Shown here in pieces: positions 14,466-28,358 of a DNA stretch of 64,000 nucleotides. Each line of letters begins with the position of its first letter. Positions within the stretch are counted from its first letter, which is position 1. Where the stretch lies: positions 110,360,001 through 110,424,000 of the forward strand of contig OZ024745.1 in NCBI GenBank assembly GCA_964016885.1, in the 5' to 3' direction. Both the position numbers and the translations under genes were made by a program. The stretch comes from Eledone cirrhosa (taxonomy: Eukaryota). Below the pieces are notes generated by a model. It was given only the letters and a program-made list of their open reading frames with translations. It did no database searches and was not told the origin of the DNA.

Positions 14466-17400
14466 TCTTCTTTTCTTCACCCACTTATTCCTGAGAGGGT
14501 CGTGGGGGCAGAGTCCTGAAACACACCTTCCAGTGGGTCCTGTCAGAAGCAACTATCTCCAACTGATCTGGCTGGATCCCCAAGTGTGACCAGCCAAGTT
14601 CATGGATGTCATCCAGCCATCTTGCTTAGGGTCTACCCCTGGGTCTTCTACCTATTGGTTTCACCCGTAAAATCTGTCCAGCGATTCTTTCCTGAGACAT
14701 TCTAACCATGTGCCCATAGTATCAGTGCTGTGATCTCTTATATTTAAATATGGAACAATGGTCTTGTAGTAGATTGTTGTAATAAACCATGAGATATGAA
14801 AAGCTCAATTATGTTTTCACACATTTAATGAATTTGAAAAATATTTTAAAATATTATAACAAATTAAATTTAAAGCTGTATAGTCTATATGAAGCTTTGG
14901 GGAATATGTGATTAAGATTGTTCTAGAAAAATGCAAGTTAGAAATGAAAGAGGGAATAAGGTAAAACAAATCAAAACAGTTTACACTCAACTCATGATAT
15001 TTCAGGGTTAAGACACATTTTTCAAAAGAAAAAGGAAATGGAATGTGGTTGTAGAGGATCTAAAGTTAACATTTCTTTTTACCATTGAACTGCATTTTAA
15101 CTTTTATCCCACATTTGTTGTTTATTTTGTAGATTCTGTTTACAATTCTCTACAAGTGAAAGACATTCCCAAGCTCTGAAGTATACAAGAGTTAATAAAG
15201 TTTTACGACAGATAGAACCCTGTCAGAGAATATTGTGATAGAGTAGCACGACAGAAAATTTCAGATCCAAGAAAAAAGAAATGAATTAAGCCAATAAAAT
15301 GCAACATACTAAATACAGTTAAAAGTGCAATCAAGCACTTATAATCAATGGATAAAATGACCCTTTCATGGCAGCATTTCTCATGAAATACATGCAATTT
15401 CATTTAATTAATGAAGAATTTTGAAAGATTTGCGAAAATTATTTATTATTTCAATATTAAAATAGTAACTTAACATATGGTTCTTATATAAAATTGTTGG
15501 AAAATTATAATTTAAATAGTAACCCTTTAAAATGTGTGGTTTGGTTAGAACCAGAGCTGGTTTTGGTTAGGTTGGTAACAAAATGGTTAATGTGATATTT
15601 GATTCAGTTGTTATACTTTTACATATATATGTAAATTTTATTTTACCACTGAACTGCCTTCTAACCAAGTAGGGTATTGAATGAAACAAATTTGTACTGC
15701 TATATTAGTGTGACTTTTTTCATTTATTATATAAATGAAAGTTCCTAAAGATCTAGAACAACAAAGAAAAAATAAAGTGACAATAATTGTAATTTAAAAA
15801 ATAATCTATGAGAAGGTTATTGGCAGCTTCTGCTTTTTAATTTCACGTTTGTATTATTGTATCTATTGTTAAAACTAGAAAATATTTGTGAACTATGGAA
15901 GAAAGCAGTAAACAAGAGGAATTCATTACAGAGTTTTTCTTGAAATTATTTACTATCAAGAAAGATAAGTTACTATCAATGAAGTGCTAAAGAAATAATG
16001 ACCTACTAACCCTGTATTGCAGATTCATTCAGTTTATCATTAAAGTCTTACAAGACCAACAATGTCGCTGACAGTCACTGGGAATCTACAACAAGTCAAT
16101 TTTGCTGCATAAATGAACTTTATTAGTTCTATGTCAGATCCTTACTCAAACGTATACAAATTTAGACAGTCAGCTTCAATAAAAGTACGATAGCTTGATT
16201 GCTGACAACCTCTGGAGTGACCTAGCAAGACATTCGATGCCTATGATAACTATCTATCAATCACTTATTAGTACCATATATTGGCTGTGCAAGATAAATG
16301 ACTAACAGAAGTGCTTAGTGAACTAAAGACTATAAGCAGAGAATATATATTTATATATATTTATACATTCATACACATATATCATATTCATACACATATG
16401 TATAGAAATGTGCACACACGATTAAAAAGATATACATGCATGCAAGCAAATGCATGAACACTTTTAGAACACATATGTGTAAGTCCAACAGAGAAACCTT
16501 CACATGCATTTGTATGCCTGAAAAACACTTTGATATATGCTGTAAATAAAGTTGCACTGTATTGGTGGTTTGACAAATTTGAATAAATTGAAAACTAATT
16601 CCAATCGGAATGATGTCACACAAAAGCAATCCTTCATATTTTTCTGATTAATTTTCTAGACCAAATTTCCAAAATGTCACTTTAAATTAATTCTCTCATA
16701 ACTTCTTCCATTAAAAGTTGAATTTATTGAAAGATTCTACAGGTTTTATCTTCCTATCTATGGAGAAATGTAGAATGATTTAATCACACAGGGGACCTAA
16801 TAATAGCAACAACAGCAGTAGCAAGAACAACAATAGCAGCAATAAAGAGAAACCGTAGAAGTAGGAAGATTCGAAGCAAGAAGCAGATATGACCATTATA
16901 ATAAGTTTGTGATGTAGTGATAATAATATCCCAATGGTGTATTTTTGACATATGAGTTTCGAAGTGCACGTATATGTGAATGTGTACACGTGTATATGCC
17001 TATGGCTGTGTATGTTGTACACAAGGGATATGAGGTTAAAGTGTTAATTAAGAGTTCAAGCATTGTATTGTGCCCTCTTAAGCAACACATATTAACATAT
17101 TTAATATATGTACTAGTTAAGTACTGAGTCAATTTTGCTGTTAATGTTTATCCCAGCCAACATTTTATGTCTAGCAAAAAGAAATTAATATAATAATTGT
17201 TTATATTCATATAAAGCATCCTAAATGTAATTGGAATTATAATAGAAAATTAGAGAAACCTTGCTTAATTGAATAAAGTAGTAAACTGTTTTTTTTAGGA
17301 TCATAACCTTGCTCACATAACACACACACGAATATTGGATCATTTTCATTTGGTAAAACATAAATTCAGCTACTATCCATGGCCAATTAAATATTTCCAG

Positions 17401-18710
17401 AAAAGAATGTGATCAGAATAAAATCTAGTGTATTACTGGTATATATTTATTTGTTTCAAAAGAATGATAGTTGAAGTTAAGTATGAAATTATTATTGTTG
17501 TTGCTCTCTTCCTCCTCCTCTCTTCTATATTTTGCCTCTCCAAGGTTAACTTTGCATTTCATCCCTTGAGGATTGACAAATAATAAGCCAGCCTAGTATT
17601 GGGATCATTTGAGATAATTATTGAGTTTTCACAAACTACATCAAGTAGTTTAAAATGTTCTACTCAAAGTCATAACTATCCAACACTTTTTCAAGATTCC
17701 AACTACAGCATAGTCAAACAACTATGGAATGCTGCAGCAGTGAGTCAATAAACTTGATCTGGCTCCTGCTTAAACATTACAACCTTTCTATTGGATGCCT
17801 TTGATATGCTGTGCTAGGGTGGAGATATAAAATTCTAATTTTATTTCTAGTTTTCGGCATGGTCAGCTTTAACTCGATTGGCATACAAATGAGGCTACTC
17901 AGCTGATGTGTATTTAAGAAAATACTATATATTTTCAACCATTCAACAGATCGGCAGACATATATAGTTCTAATAAAGGGTAATGACCCAGAAACATGTT
18001 GATTGTTTCTCAATGCCAGTGTTGAACAAAAGGATGACGATTTGTCATCGGTACGGCACAACTTTAATTGGGCCATTTGTTTACAAACGAATTGAATATT
18101 ATTATTAATGTTCGATATAACCCATATGTACATATGTGTGTGTGTGTACGTATGCATACTTAAATCTATTGTAAGCATTCCCGGTATGTTTAAAGTCTGT
18201 GGATAACTCTCTTTACCTCCACCAGCCAGACCTCTGAAAATGGTCACGAGTGCTTCACGTTATCCTTTAACTAAGCAATAAAAAGCAACTATAAAAGCTA
18301 AATAAAGTGGAAAGGCAAGGAAAGATCACTGCAAATAACAAAGATCATCACCATCACCACCAAGCATTATAAGGTCATTTGTCCCTGCTAAAGCAGGGGA
18401 TATCCTCACAAGTCTCATGATAAACTTCATTTCACCATATCATCAGCATCCCTTACATCAGCTTGCTGGTTTTCATTTTCTCTACCAAAATCTTTAACCA
18501 TGTTTTCCTTGGTCTTCTTCTTCTACCATCTTCCACATTTATTTCCATCACTCCTCTCACCTACTCACTTTCATCCTTTCTCAGCACATGACCCAAACAT
18601 CTCATTCCATTTCTCTTCACAACATTCATCACGGACTTTATTCCTATAATCTGGTGTAATTGATTGTCTCCCCCCTCTCTCCTCATCTCTCCCCCTCTCT
18701 CTCTCTCTAT

Positions 18711-18762
<52 letters not shown>

Positions 18763-19064
18763 GGAGTGAAGAATAACACGGATAAGTTATACAGTAGGGT
18801 TTATTCCAAGTATTAACAAATGTTTCATTGGATTACCTTATACGTTACCTCGTTTACTTAAATAAATATATATATATATATGCAAAAGTTTTATTTAAAT
18901 TGTTGGGATACAACAAGCAAATATTTTTATAACTGATATAAAGCACTCGACAAATATTTGGAGTAGATATACGATATTAATAAATGGAAACTATATTTAT
19001 AGTCTATTTATAAAAGTCTATTTAAAGTCTATTTAAAGTCTATTTATAAAACTGTTATATATTG

Positions 19065-19129
19065 TATTTTGTCTGATGAAGGCATACCATAATGTAACTT
19101 GGTATCCTTGAAATATATATAATGAAATA
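19065..19129 (+). ncRNA. Type I hammerhead ribozyme (family H) in fold-back 18881-19170
   Basis: Stem I tattttgt/atgaaata (8 bp, 2 G-U); CTGATGA 19073-79; stem II agg-c-atacca/tggtat-cct; GAAA 19110-13; stem III AT-atat-AT; AUA cleavage triplet ending 19121. Confidence 0.7.
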
Positions 19130-19657
19130 AATATGGTTTTATAAATATAGTTTCCATTTATTAATATTGTATATATATATATATATATTTCTCTCTGAGC
19201 CTTATTCCACTCATTCTCTGAACCATTCTCTGAACCATTCTCACCTTGGAATCAATGTCATTCCTGTTTCACTTCCCTTTTGCAAGGACACTGTACAGTT
19301 ACACAGTTACACATGTGTTAGCCTCTTCATGATGAGAACAAAGTTATATATTAGTTTCCTCAGCAACTAACCTCATATCGGAGTCACATGATTACATGTG
19401 GAAAGTAGGCTGATGACAAGGTAAAAATACTATACAAATTTGATTTCACTTCACAGTTACGATTAAACCTAGCTCCTTTGATTTCCTGTAATTTGTCATT
19501 AATGAAATCTCTATGAAATTTATATGACTCACACATATATGTAGTGTCACAAAAATTGTTGTGCTATTGTAAAAGCATGTTGAGTAGGTGTCGAACATAT
19601 TAGTCATCTCTCACTTCATTCATTCAATTTGTGTGTTGTGCATGGAAATAATGAGGA

Positions 19658-19695
<38 letters not shown>

Positions 19696-19943
19696 GTATG
19701 TATATATATATATATATGTATGTATGTATGCATAAATAAGCATATATATGTGTGTGTGTATATATATATGTGCATATATATGCATATATATGCATATATA
19801 TATGCATACGCATATATATATATGTGTGTGTGTGCATATATATATGTATTTACATAGATACATATATATATATATATATAAGCATATATATATATGTATA
19901 TGCATATATGCATATATACATATAAAAAAATATGTATGTATAT

Positions 19944-20322
19944 ATGGCTTAGTGGTTAGAGCATTGGCCTTGCAATCGAAAATGGGGGCACAAGGCTTAG
20001 TGGTTAGAGCATTGGCCTTGCAATCGAAAGGTTGTGAGTTCAATTCTCAAACCGGGTGATGTGTTGTTTCCTTGAGCAAGACACTTTATTTCACATTGCT
20101 CCAGTTTACTCAGCTGTAGAAATGAGATGATAGGGACTGGGGTCCCTATCATTCCACTGCAAAGTGGTCGTGGAGGTGCCATGGCAAAAAAGAACCCAGC
20201 ACTCACTGTAAATGAGGTTGGTGTTAGGAAGGGCATCCAGCTGTAGAAACCAAGCCAGAATCAGTTCCCGTCCCACCCTTGCAAGCAGGAAAAAAGCGGA
20301 CGTAAAATAAAATGATAATGAT
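19944..20322 (+). mobile_element. Full-length SINE family 1 with a duplicated head
   Basis: A-box and B-box tRNA-like head (first ~38 nt duplicated), CORE-like block tgtttccttgagcaagacactttatttcacattgctccagtttactcagctgtagaaatg, RTE-type tail. Other full copies at 32178-32522, 43977-44315 and 61727-62073 (all minus). Confidence 0.9.
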
Positions 20323-20715
20323 ATATACATATATATAAAAATGAATAATTAGAAATAGAAGTCAGGATTATCCATCATCAGTTGTCTACTAGACATCATA
20401 GGTATTTCTTCACATTACAGACAATATACCTCTCCATCTAGGGTGATATAATCTATACTAGCGTTGAGAAACAGACATGATGATGATGATGATGATGATG
20501 ATGATGGCATGCGAATGTGTACACGAGAAAAGAAATGTCTAGCCCAACTAAAACAGTTATTATTAAACTTAACAACTCTTGGTTAGAAGTATTAATTAAA
20601 TGAGATGTCTTTTAGTACTAACTATTAAATATGAACTAGTTAACTATATAAAGAACTGATAGCAAGGTGGTACCGAGACTGGTAGGGAGGATAAGACAAT
20701 GTTAAGAGGAGAATA

Positions 20716-21470
20716 GTGATAGTGATGATGGTGAGGGGGGTGGGGGTGATGATGATGATGATGATGATACTGGTGATGTCAATGGTGATGATACTGCTCC
20801 TGGTGATGTCGATGATGATGATGATGATGATGATGGTGATGTCAATGGTGATGATACTGCTCCTGGTGATGTCAATGATGATGATGATGATGATGATTTT
20901 ACTGGTGATGTCAATGATGATGATGATGATGATGATGATTTTACTGGTGATGTCAATGATGATGATGATGATTTTACTGGTGATGTCAATGATGATGATG
21001 ATGATGATGATTTTACTGGTGATGTCAATGATGATGGTGGTGGTGGTGGTGGTGGTGGTACTGTTGATGATGATACTGCTACTGGTAATGTCAATGATGG
21101 TGGAGATGATGGTGATGACAGTAATGATGATGATGATGATGATGATGATGGTGGTGTTGGTGGTGGTGGTGATGATGATGACATTGATGATAATGCTAAT
21201 AGTGATAACAATGATGATGGTGATGATGATGATGATAATGATGATGATGATGTCAATGGTGATGGTGAAAGTGGGGGTGGTGATGCCAGTGATGATGTTA
21301 ATGATGATGGTAATGATGATCTTGATGACAATGATGACAATGATGATGACGATTATGGTGATGATGATGGCAACAACAATGGCAATGATAACGATGATGA
21401 TTAATAAAGATGATGATAATGGTGTGCTGGTGATTGTGGTAACGATAACACTGATAATGACAATGACAAA
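20716..21470. repeat. Degenerate (GAT/GGT)n trinucleotide array with a higher-order unit
   Basis: Repeated ctggtgatgtcaatgatgatg unit; explains the Met-, Ile- and Ser-rich ORFs. Confidence 0.9.
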
Positions 21471-22312
21471 ATAAAACACTAAAATCACTCACACACCCAC
21501 TCACGCTCTCACTCACACATACAGACACAAAACAAAACAAAAAAAAAACAAAAAAAATAACTAAGATGAATTATACATTATCTACTTCACACATGTTTGC
21601 CAGAGTAATCAATCTTTGGCAAATAAGGGATGGAAGTTGGTATGGGGAAACATAGAGATATGCCACACTTAGAAGATAATGAGCTAAAGATATTAAGTCA
21701 AACCAAATCTAGTTGCAAGTGAAACCAGTGTAAATTTACAATGCTGTGTATATATGCTGCAGCTATGCAGATTTTCTATAGGTCACTCTTAAAATCAACT
21801 TAGTCACTTCATTCCAGACCTCAATAGTCCCTTCTTGATTGTTCTGTCTCTCATTATATATAAATATATAAATAGAGGGCGGTGGATTGGCAGTATTGGT
21901 AGAGGGTCGGACGCCATGCTTTGACGTATAGAGTTACGGCCCTTGCCATTCTGAGTTCAAATCCCGCCAAGGTTAAACTTTGCCTTTCATCCTTATGGGG
22001 GTCGATAAAATAAAGTACCAGTAATGCACTGGGTAATTGCTGGCCTTGTGCCTAACGTAGAAACAATTATATATAAATATATATATATATGCAGAAACAT
22101 ATGCATATATATATATATATATAAATGAAGAATGGGGTGCTGCGTTGTTGCGAACATGAACATATGAATAAAAATAGAACAAGAGATAAAATGTCCTCAT
22201 CAGTAGTCTGCTGATCATCGTTGGTAGTTCGATGATATATGCAGAAACATATGCATATATATATATATATATATATATGCAGAAACACACACATATGCAT
22301 ATATATATATAT

Positions 22313-23166
22313 ATCCTCAGCGTATACTGATTAATGTTCAGAGCTATCCTCAGCATTCTCGTGTAGTACCCATCCACCATCTGAGTGAGTTTCTTGGTCA
22401 GTGTCCAAGTCTCAGACCCATACAGCAGCACAGACTCCACTACAGCAATGAAGAGGCGGATTTTCAGGTCTCTACGAAGGTCCGACTTCCACACTGATCT
22501 CAAGCTGTGGCATGCCGCCCAGGCTTTGCTCTTCCTCTCAACCACATCATCATCCGTATTCCCAATCTTTGCTCCCAAATACAGGAAGTCCTCAACCAAT
22601 TCTAGCGGCTTCCCGCCTACATTATTGATCCACTCTGGTTTCTCAACATTCTCTACCAGATATTTTGTTTTAGTCTCATTCATTCTCAGCCCCACACTCA
22701 TCGACACAATCTCAACCTCCTGCATCAAATCCTCTGCCTCCTTCACTGTATTTGTCATCAAAACTATGTCGTTGGCAAATTCAGCATCTGATACCTTTTT
22801 CGCCTTAACTCTCCTGCTCTGAGCCGGTGCTACAGTAAAGCCAGAGTCCTGGTGTTTCTCCAGTGCAAGGATGAAAAACTCAGAGCTGTATGGGAGCCTC
22901 CCAAAAGTCAGCTCAAAGGTGACACAGAGGAGACTGAGGTTAGCTGGACATGCTCACCGACATCCAGAGTTGACATTGCACTCAGTGCTCCTGTGGGAGC
23001 CCCTACATGGACACACTGGAAGAGGAAGACAAAGGTTAACATATGTTGATGCCCTAAGGACAGACACTGGTCTATTGGAGACACAGGACATGACAGCGAT
23101 AATGAGGGACAGAGACCGCTGGAGAGAACTCGTCCATGGATCTCGGGAATTTTACCCGCCCTAGAT

Positions 23167-23168
<2 letters not shown>
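22313..23168. mobile_element. RTE-clade LINE insertion with inverted 5' part (third family)
   Basis: Minus 22313-22866 encodes DAEFANDIVL...LRMNETKTK...DFLYLG...LLYGSETWTL...YTLR; plus 22868-23164 continues MKNSELYG...RRLRLAGH...[12 protein letters not shown] second 3' fragment lies at 41135-41312. Confidence 0.9.
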
Positions 23169-23206
<38 letters not shown>

Positions 23207-23220
23207 GAAAGACACACATA

Positions 23221-23290
<70 letters not shown>

Positions 23291-24002
23291 GAAAGAGACA
23301 CATATGCATATATATATATATATATATATGCAGAAACACATGCATATATATACATACATGTGTGTGTGTATGCATGTGTATAGTCTTCGGTATAAATGTA
23401 TGTATGCATGTGTATGGTTTTCTGCATATATGTATGTGTGTGTGTGTGTGTTTAATGTAATACACACATACATATAAATATATGATAGTTTGTCTCATAA
23501 TTTGATATGTTCATATATGTATATATATATATATTTATATACATGTATATCAATTTCACTTTGAAATGTTATGTATCTGTGTGAATGTATGTTGTTTACA
23601 TGAGTGCAATTGTATGTGTGTGTATGTGTGTATGTGTGTGTGTATTGTGTAAATATATGTATGTTTTTTTAACATTTTTGTATAAATGTTTATGTATATA
23701 TGAACACGTCTGTATATTCATATATTGTTATATATATGAGGAAGTGTGTATATGTATATATGTACACACATCTCTGCATATATGAGGAAGTGTGTATATG
23801 TATGTATATATGTATGTATGTCTCTGTGTATTCATATACTTATATATATGAGCATGTGTGTATATATGTATGTATATATGTACGCATGTCTCTGTATATT
23901 CATATATTGTTAAATATATGAGAATGTGTGTATATATGTATGTATATATGTACACATGTCTCTTTATATATATTGTTTTATATATGAAGAAGTGTGTATT
24001 TG

Positions 24003-24033
<31 letters not shown>

Positions 24034-25109
24034 GTACTTATATCTCTGTATATTCATATATTGTTATATATATGAGGATGTATGTATATGTATATATGTG
24101 TAAGAGAGTGAGGGAGGGAGAAAGAGACTGAGTGTTTTTACATATGTGTTTGCATGTGTGAAATGATAGAAAAAAGGAGAAAGGAATCTGATTAGCCATT
24201 TGTAAAAGTATCTGATGAAATCAATTACAAAGCAAGTTGTTAATTATGGTAGGAAAGTAAAAGGAAGAAAAGAGGAACCTGAATGTACAGTGAATGTATA
24301 TCAATAATGAGATCAATAAATTGATAAATAAGGTCCTTTGTATAAGATATTTTGCGCTCTCCAAGTGTCATGTAGATCATATTTAGATAAACACCACTTA
24401 AGCAAGCTATTTATTCTCTCTTACTCTCTCTCTCTCTTCCTCTTCTCCTCACATTTGTTTGAAGTGAGCAGAAAGACATAACTGTAAAGAAGGATTTACA
24501 ACTTCTAATAAAGTGTGGGCTATGCAAGTGATTTCTTTTCATCTGGTAAGCAAGCAATTGGCTATGTTTCTGTGAAATAGGGAATAATAAATTTAGTCAT
24601 TTTTGCATATCAGATAGACATACCAGGTGTTAATTATCCTGATGTAATCAATATATTTATCTGTTGATTATTTACCAACTTTTTTTTTTAAAGTATGGTG
24701 GTTGGTGTGGTGTGTTTACTGTTGTTTTCCCTAGGTATATATTTTTACTTTCTCTCTCTCTTTCTCTCATATATATATAGTAATATATTGCAGTTATATA
24801 TATATATTTATGCACACACACTTACGTACATATTTATGTATATTCTCTGATAAGTTAAACTAAATACATTTGTACACATACCAAATTTTTACTGAGAAAG
24901 ATAGCATAAAGTTTTGAATAATCAATTCATGATCTTAGAAGAAGAAAAAACTCCTGGAAAAGTAAACTTTTAACTGAAAATTTTGAGTACGAAAATATTT
25001 GGAAACCTTCTGGTAATTTCTCTGTAATTTCCAATCCATAAATATTCTTACCTTTTCAAAACATTAAAGAAATCATCATTTTTATTTATTCATTTAGATC
25101 ATGTTCTAT

Positions 25110-25205
25110 CCCAGTGCGCAGCACCTTAGTCAAGTGTCTTCTACTATGTGTTTGGATTAATTAATGCTCTGTGAGTGAAATTTGGTAGATGTGAACTATG
25201 GAAAT
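25110..25205 (+). repeat. Fragment of a third SINE family
   Basis: caccttagtcaagtgtcttctactat...gtgagtgaaatttggtaga; inverted relative at ~38290-38440. Confidence 0.5.
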
Positions 25206-25989
25206 GTCTAACACACACCCACACACATCAGGACCAGATTAAATTCTAAGAACTTAAAAAGTTACAGTACCCCTTCCCCCAATCACCACCATGTTTCAAA
25301 ACATGAACAATTTTTTTCTTTTGGAATGATAAATACATTTAAGTTTAATAAGATGGTGCCCTTCTTCTGTTGATGCCCTAAACATGCGCTTATTTTTGTC
25401 CTCATACACAAACACACACACACATCTACATAGTTTATCCAGTTATTGAAATCATGCCAAAATGGAATGTTTGAAGGAAACATGGTTCCCTGACCCACCA
25501 AGGAGGATAGTAGCTCTAATAAAATATTGACTTGGTCTGTAATAACCCAACCAACCCAGCATGGAGAGGCAGATGTGAAATGATGATATATATATATGCA
25601 GGAATGGATAAAACAAAGTACACGATAAAGTGCAGTGGATAGACAGAATTGTTAGTGCATTGGACAACATTCTTGGCCGTATCAGCAGTATCTATTCTGA
25701 CTATTTACATTGAGAGTGCTCAATCAGATGAGGTGAATTTGTTTATATCTAGTCAACAAGATAGTGTCTTGTAAAGAATACCCAAAGGAAAGCAATGGGA
25801 AACCACACACATACATGTATATACTATACACATGATAAGGAAGGAAAGATTTATATGTGAGTATGGGTATGTCTATGTTTGTATACACTATTTTGATGTG
25901 TATTTAACCATTTCATTACTATATTTCCAATGATTTGAAAATCATTTAAAAAATAATCAAGAATTTGTAGGGATTTAGCAATATAACTA

Positions 25990-26490
25990 ACCTTTAGGTC
26001 TTCCCCCACTGTCATGCTGTTATAGTGTAGGCCATCTCTCACACCATGCTGCTCGACAGGATTATAAAGCATGGCCTGGTCAGCACAAATTTCTTTTCCC
26101 AGCTCAAGCTAAGTGGGCTGGACTGAGGAGTTAATAAAAAGCCAGATGGCAAGACAATCTTCCTGCTCTGCAGTGGTAGGCCTTTTATCTGGGGTGCCAC
26201 ATATGCTGCAATACCTAAAGCAGCAACCGGGTGCATTCAGCTATCAGCCCAGGCTTCTCTTCTTGTCTGAACAAAGAGGGTAAACTGTCAAAGTATCTGC
26301 TGCTTTCTGATAGGTTTGTGATCAAGCCTATGGCAGTGGAGACTCCCAACTTTCTTGGCTCCCATACCACATCCCTACTCACTGCTATTGGGGCAGAGTT
26401 AACTACATACAAATGCAAGCCCCCATGAGATGGAATGGTTGTTCCAGCACATCACCTTCGTCAATATCATCAATGTCTTCTCCATCAAGT
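25990..26490 (+). mobile_element. Degenerate CRE-like non-LTR retroelement, C-terminal Zn-knuckle remnant plus restriction-like endonuclease
   Basis: Frameshifted translation LSCCYSVGHLSHHAA..IIKHGL..KPDGKTIFLLCSGRPFIWGAT..KLSKYLLLSDRFVIKPMAVET..EMEWLFQHI follows the RH..RPDG..WDAT..K..KY..P.AVET pattern of CRE-type elements. Confidence 0.7.
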
Positions 26491-26841
26491 CCACCAAGAC
26501 CATGGGGTGGTGATTTATATTAAAACGCATGATACATTACACTTCCATTTTTGCTGTAACTTATTTTATGTTTGCTAATAAAACAATCACACCAGTCTAG
26601 TTGTCAACCAATCACACCAGTCTAGTTGTCAACCAATCACACCAGTACAGATAAATCTCCTCACCCGAATTACTTATTATAAACAAAACATTGACAAATA
26701 CTTTCATTTCCACATTTCTAATGAAATACACTGTGCTTATGTGTTTCAGTTAAATTTGAAAACTAAGTATTTGAAGGAATTTAATCAAATAACTAAGTTT
26801 TTTATAAGTAAGCTATTTAGAACATTATTTAAGAAGCATTT

Positions 26842-27030
26842 GGTGGTGGATTGGCAGTATCGGTAGAGGGTCGGACGCAATGCTTTCCAGCATAGTTACG
26901 TCCCTTTACGATCTGAGTTCAAATCCCGCCGAGGTTGACTTTGCCTTTCATCCTTACGGGGTCGATAAAATAAAGTACCAGTAATGCACTGGGTATTTGC
27001 TGGCCTTGTGCCTAAATTAGAAACAATTAT
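26842..27030 (+). mobile_element. Full-length SINE family 2 with target-site duplication
   Basis: Split tRNA-like boxes (tggcagtatcggtag; gagttcaaatccc) and gactttgcctttcatccttacggggtcgataaaataaagtaccag, which resembles the Meta domain as I recall it; 18-bp TSD attatttaagaagcattt at 26824-41 and 27026-43. Confidence 0.85.
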
Positions 27031-27235
27031 TTAAGAAGCATTTTTTAAATATAATTATGATGGAAGGTTTTAATCATCATCATCATCACTGTTTAATGTC
27101 CATTTTTCACGCTAGCATGGGTTAGACGAGTCATCCTGTTGTGAGCAATGCCAGGTCAGTTGCTCATGTCTTGCTCAAACAGAACCCCTTCTGGCTTGGT
27201 TTTTAAAGCCAGATGCGTTTTCTAATGCCAACCTC

Positions 27236-27583
27236 ATTTACAGTGTGTGCTGGGTGCTTTTTGTTGTGATGCCTGCATAACCATTTTACAGTGTGGACTG
27301 GGTGCTTTTTGTTGTGATGCCTGCATAACCATTTTACAGTGTGGACTGGGTGCTTTTTGTTGTGATGCCTGCATAACCATTTTACAGTGTGGACTGGGTG
27401 CTTTTTGTTGTGATGCCTGCATAACCATTTTACAGTGTGGACTGGGTGCTTTTTGTTATGATGCCTGCATAACCATTTTACAGTGTGGACTGGGTGCTTT
27501 TTGTTGTGATGCCTGCATAACCATTTTACAGTGTGGACTGGGTGCTTTTTGCTGTACACCTACATGACCGCTTTACAGTGTGG
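27236..27583. repeat. 48-bp minisatellite (about 7 units) inside a SINE-1-related element
   Basis: Unit cattttacagtgtggactgggtgctttttgttgtgatgcctgcataac. Confidence 0.9.
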
Positions 27584-28117
27584 GCCGGAGGATTAACTGG
27601 ATGTATACTTCAGCTTGTCCCCATGGAAGATGTATGGGAGTGGGTGTGGTGGGGTGGTGCATACTATATATAAGGATAAACATTTTAACATTAGCAGTTT
27701 TGTATCATACATTCTGGGTAGTTTCAGGTGGTTTGGTATCAAAAGGGTTAATTCTTTCTTCTCTTTCTCACACAATCTTAGCTGTAATCTTCTTAATTAC
27801 AGGAGGTTTATTAATAGAAATTCATGGAACTTTTATATAACTCAGTTCACTTTAATTTATCATAATGACATTTTATACAGGCACAAAACCTTATTTATTA
27901 AGGAGAAATAAGATTGCAAGATGATAGGGAAATGCATATGGTGATGATGGTGGTGGTGGTAGTGGTGATGAATGAATGAATGAAGGAAGGAAAGAATAAG
28001 TGCCATTAGTGTAGTTAAATGACATCAAAACAGATTTGACACTGGTTAATAGAGTTGTATTCTATGGAATTATATATAGCATTTAGCTGAAAGATATTAA
28101 TCTAAACCACGTCTTCA

Positions 28118-28358
28118 TTAACCCTTTTGATACCTAACTGACAGAAACAAACCATGACTCTACAATACAAAACTGTTTATTTTAAAGTGTTTATATTTAG
28201 CTAAAAATCTTCCATCATAATTTTATGTAAGAACTTTTGTTAAGTATGTTCCAAATATGATATAAATAAGGAGAAAGTTAGTTCTATTACTAAATTCCTC
28301 CAAATTCTTGATTATATTTAAAATTATTTCGTTAGAAATATAGTAATGAAAGGGTTAA
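28118..28358. mobile_element. piggyBac-like MITE, family 2
   Basis: TTAA-CCCTTT...AAAGGG-TTAA. The copy at 32929-33398 is split by a SINE-2 with a 19-bp TSD (caaacaccaacttaataat, 33049-67 and 33286-304); degenerate relatives near 15320-15590, 52430-52622 and 57063-57260. Confidence 0.75.

Noticed and set aside
15133-15238. Possible terminal exon after ttttgtag (FCLQFSTSERHSQALKYTRVNKVLRQIEPCQRIL*)
   Set aside because: Short, no recognisable domain and no partner exons; needs RNA-seq. Small host exons elsewhere cannot be excluded by eye.
17777-18247. 156-aa ORF in non-repetitive DNA
   Set aside because: Crosses a (CA)n tract and shows no recognisable motif.
19984-20056. tRNA gene
   Set aside because: SINE head: imperfect cloverleaf, always followed by the same CORE body and tail.
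20640-21488. Met-, Ile- or Ser-rich ORFs of 212-282 aa
   Set aside because: Translation of a (GAT)n array.
22125-22235. TA-flanked island with CTGATGA on minus
   Set aside because: No downstream GAAA or stem III; cannot support a ribozyme.
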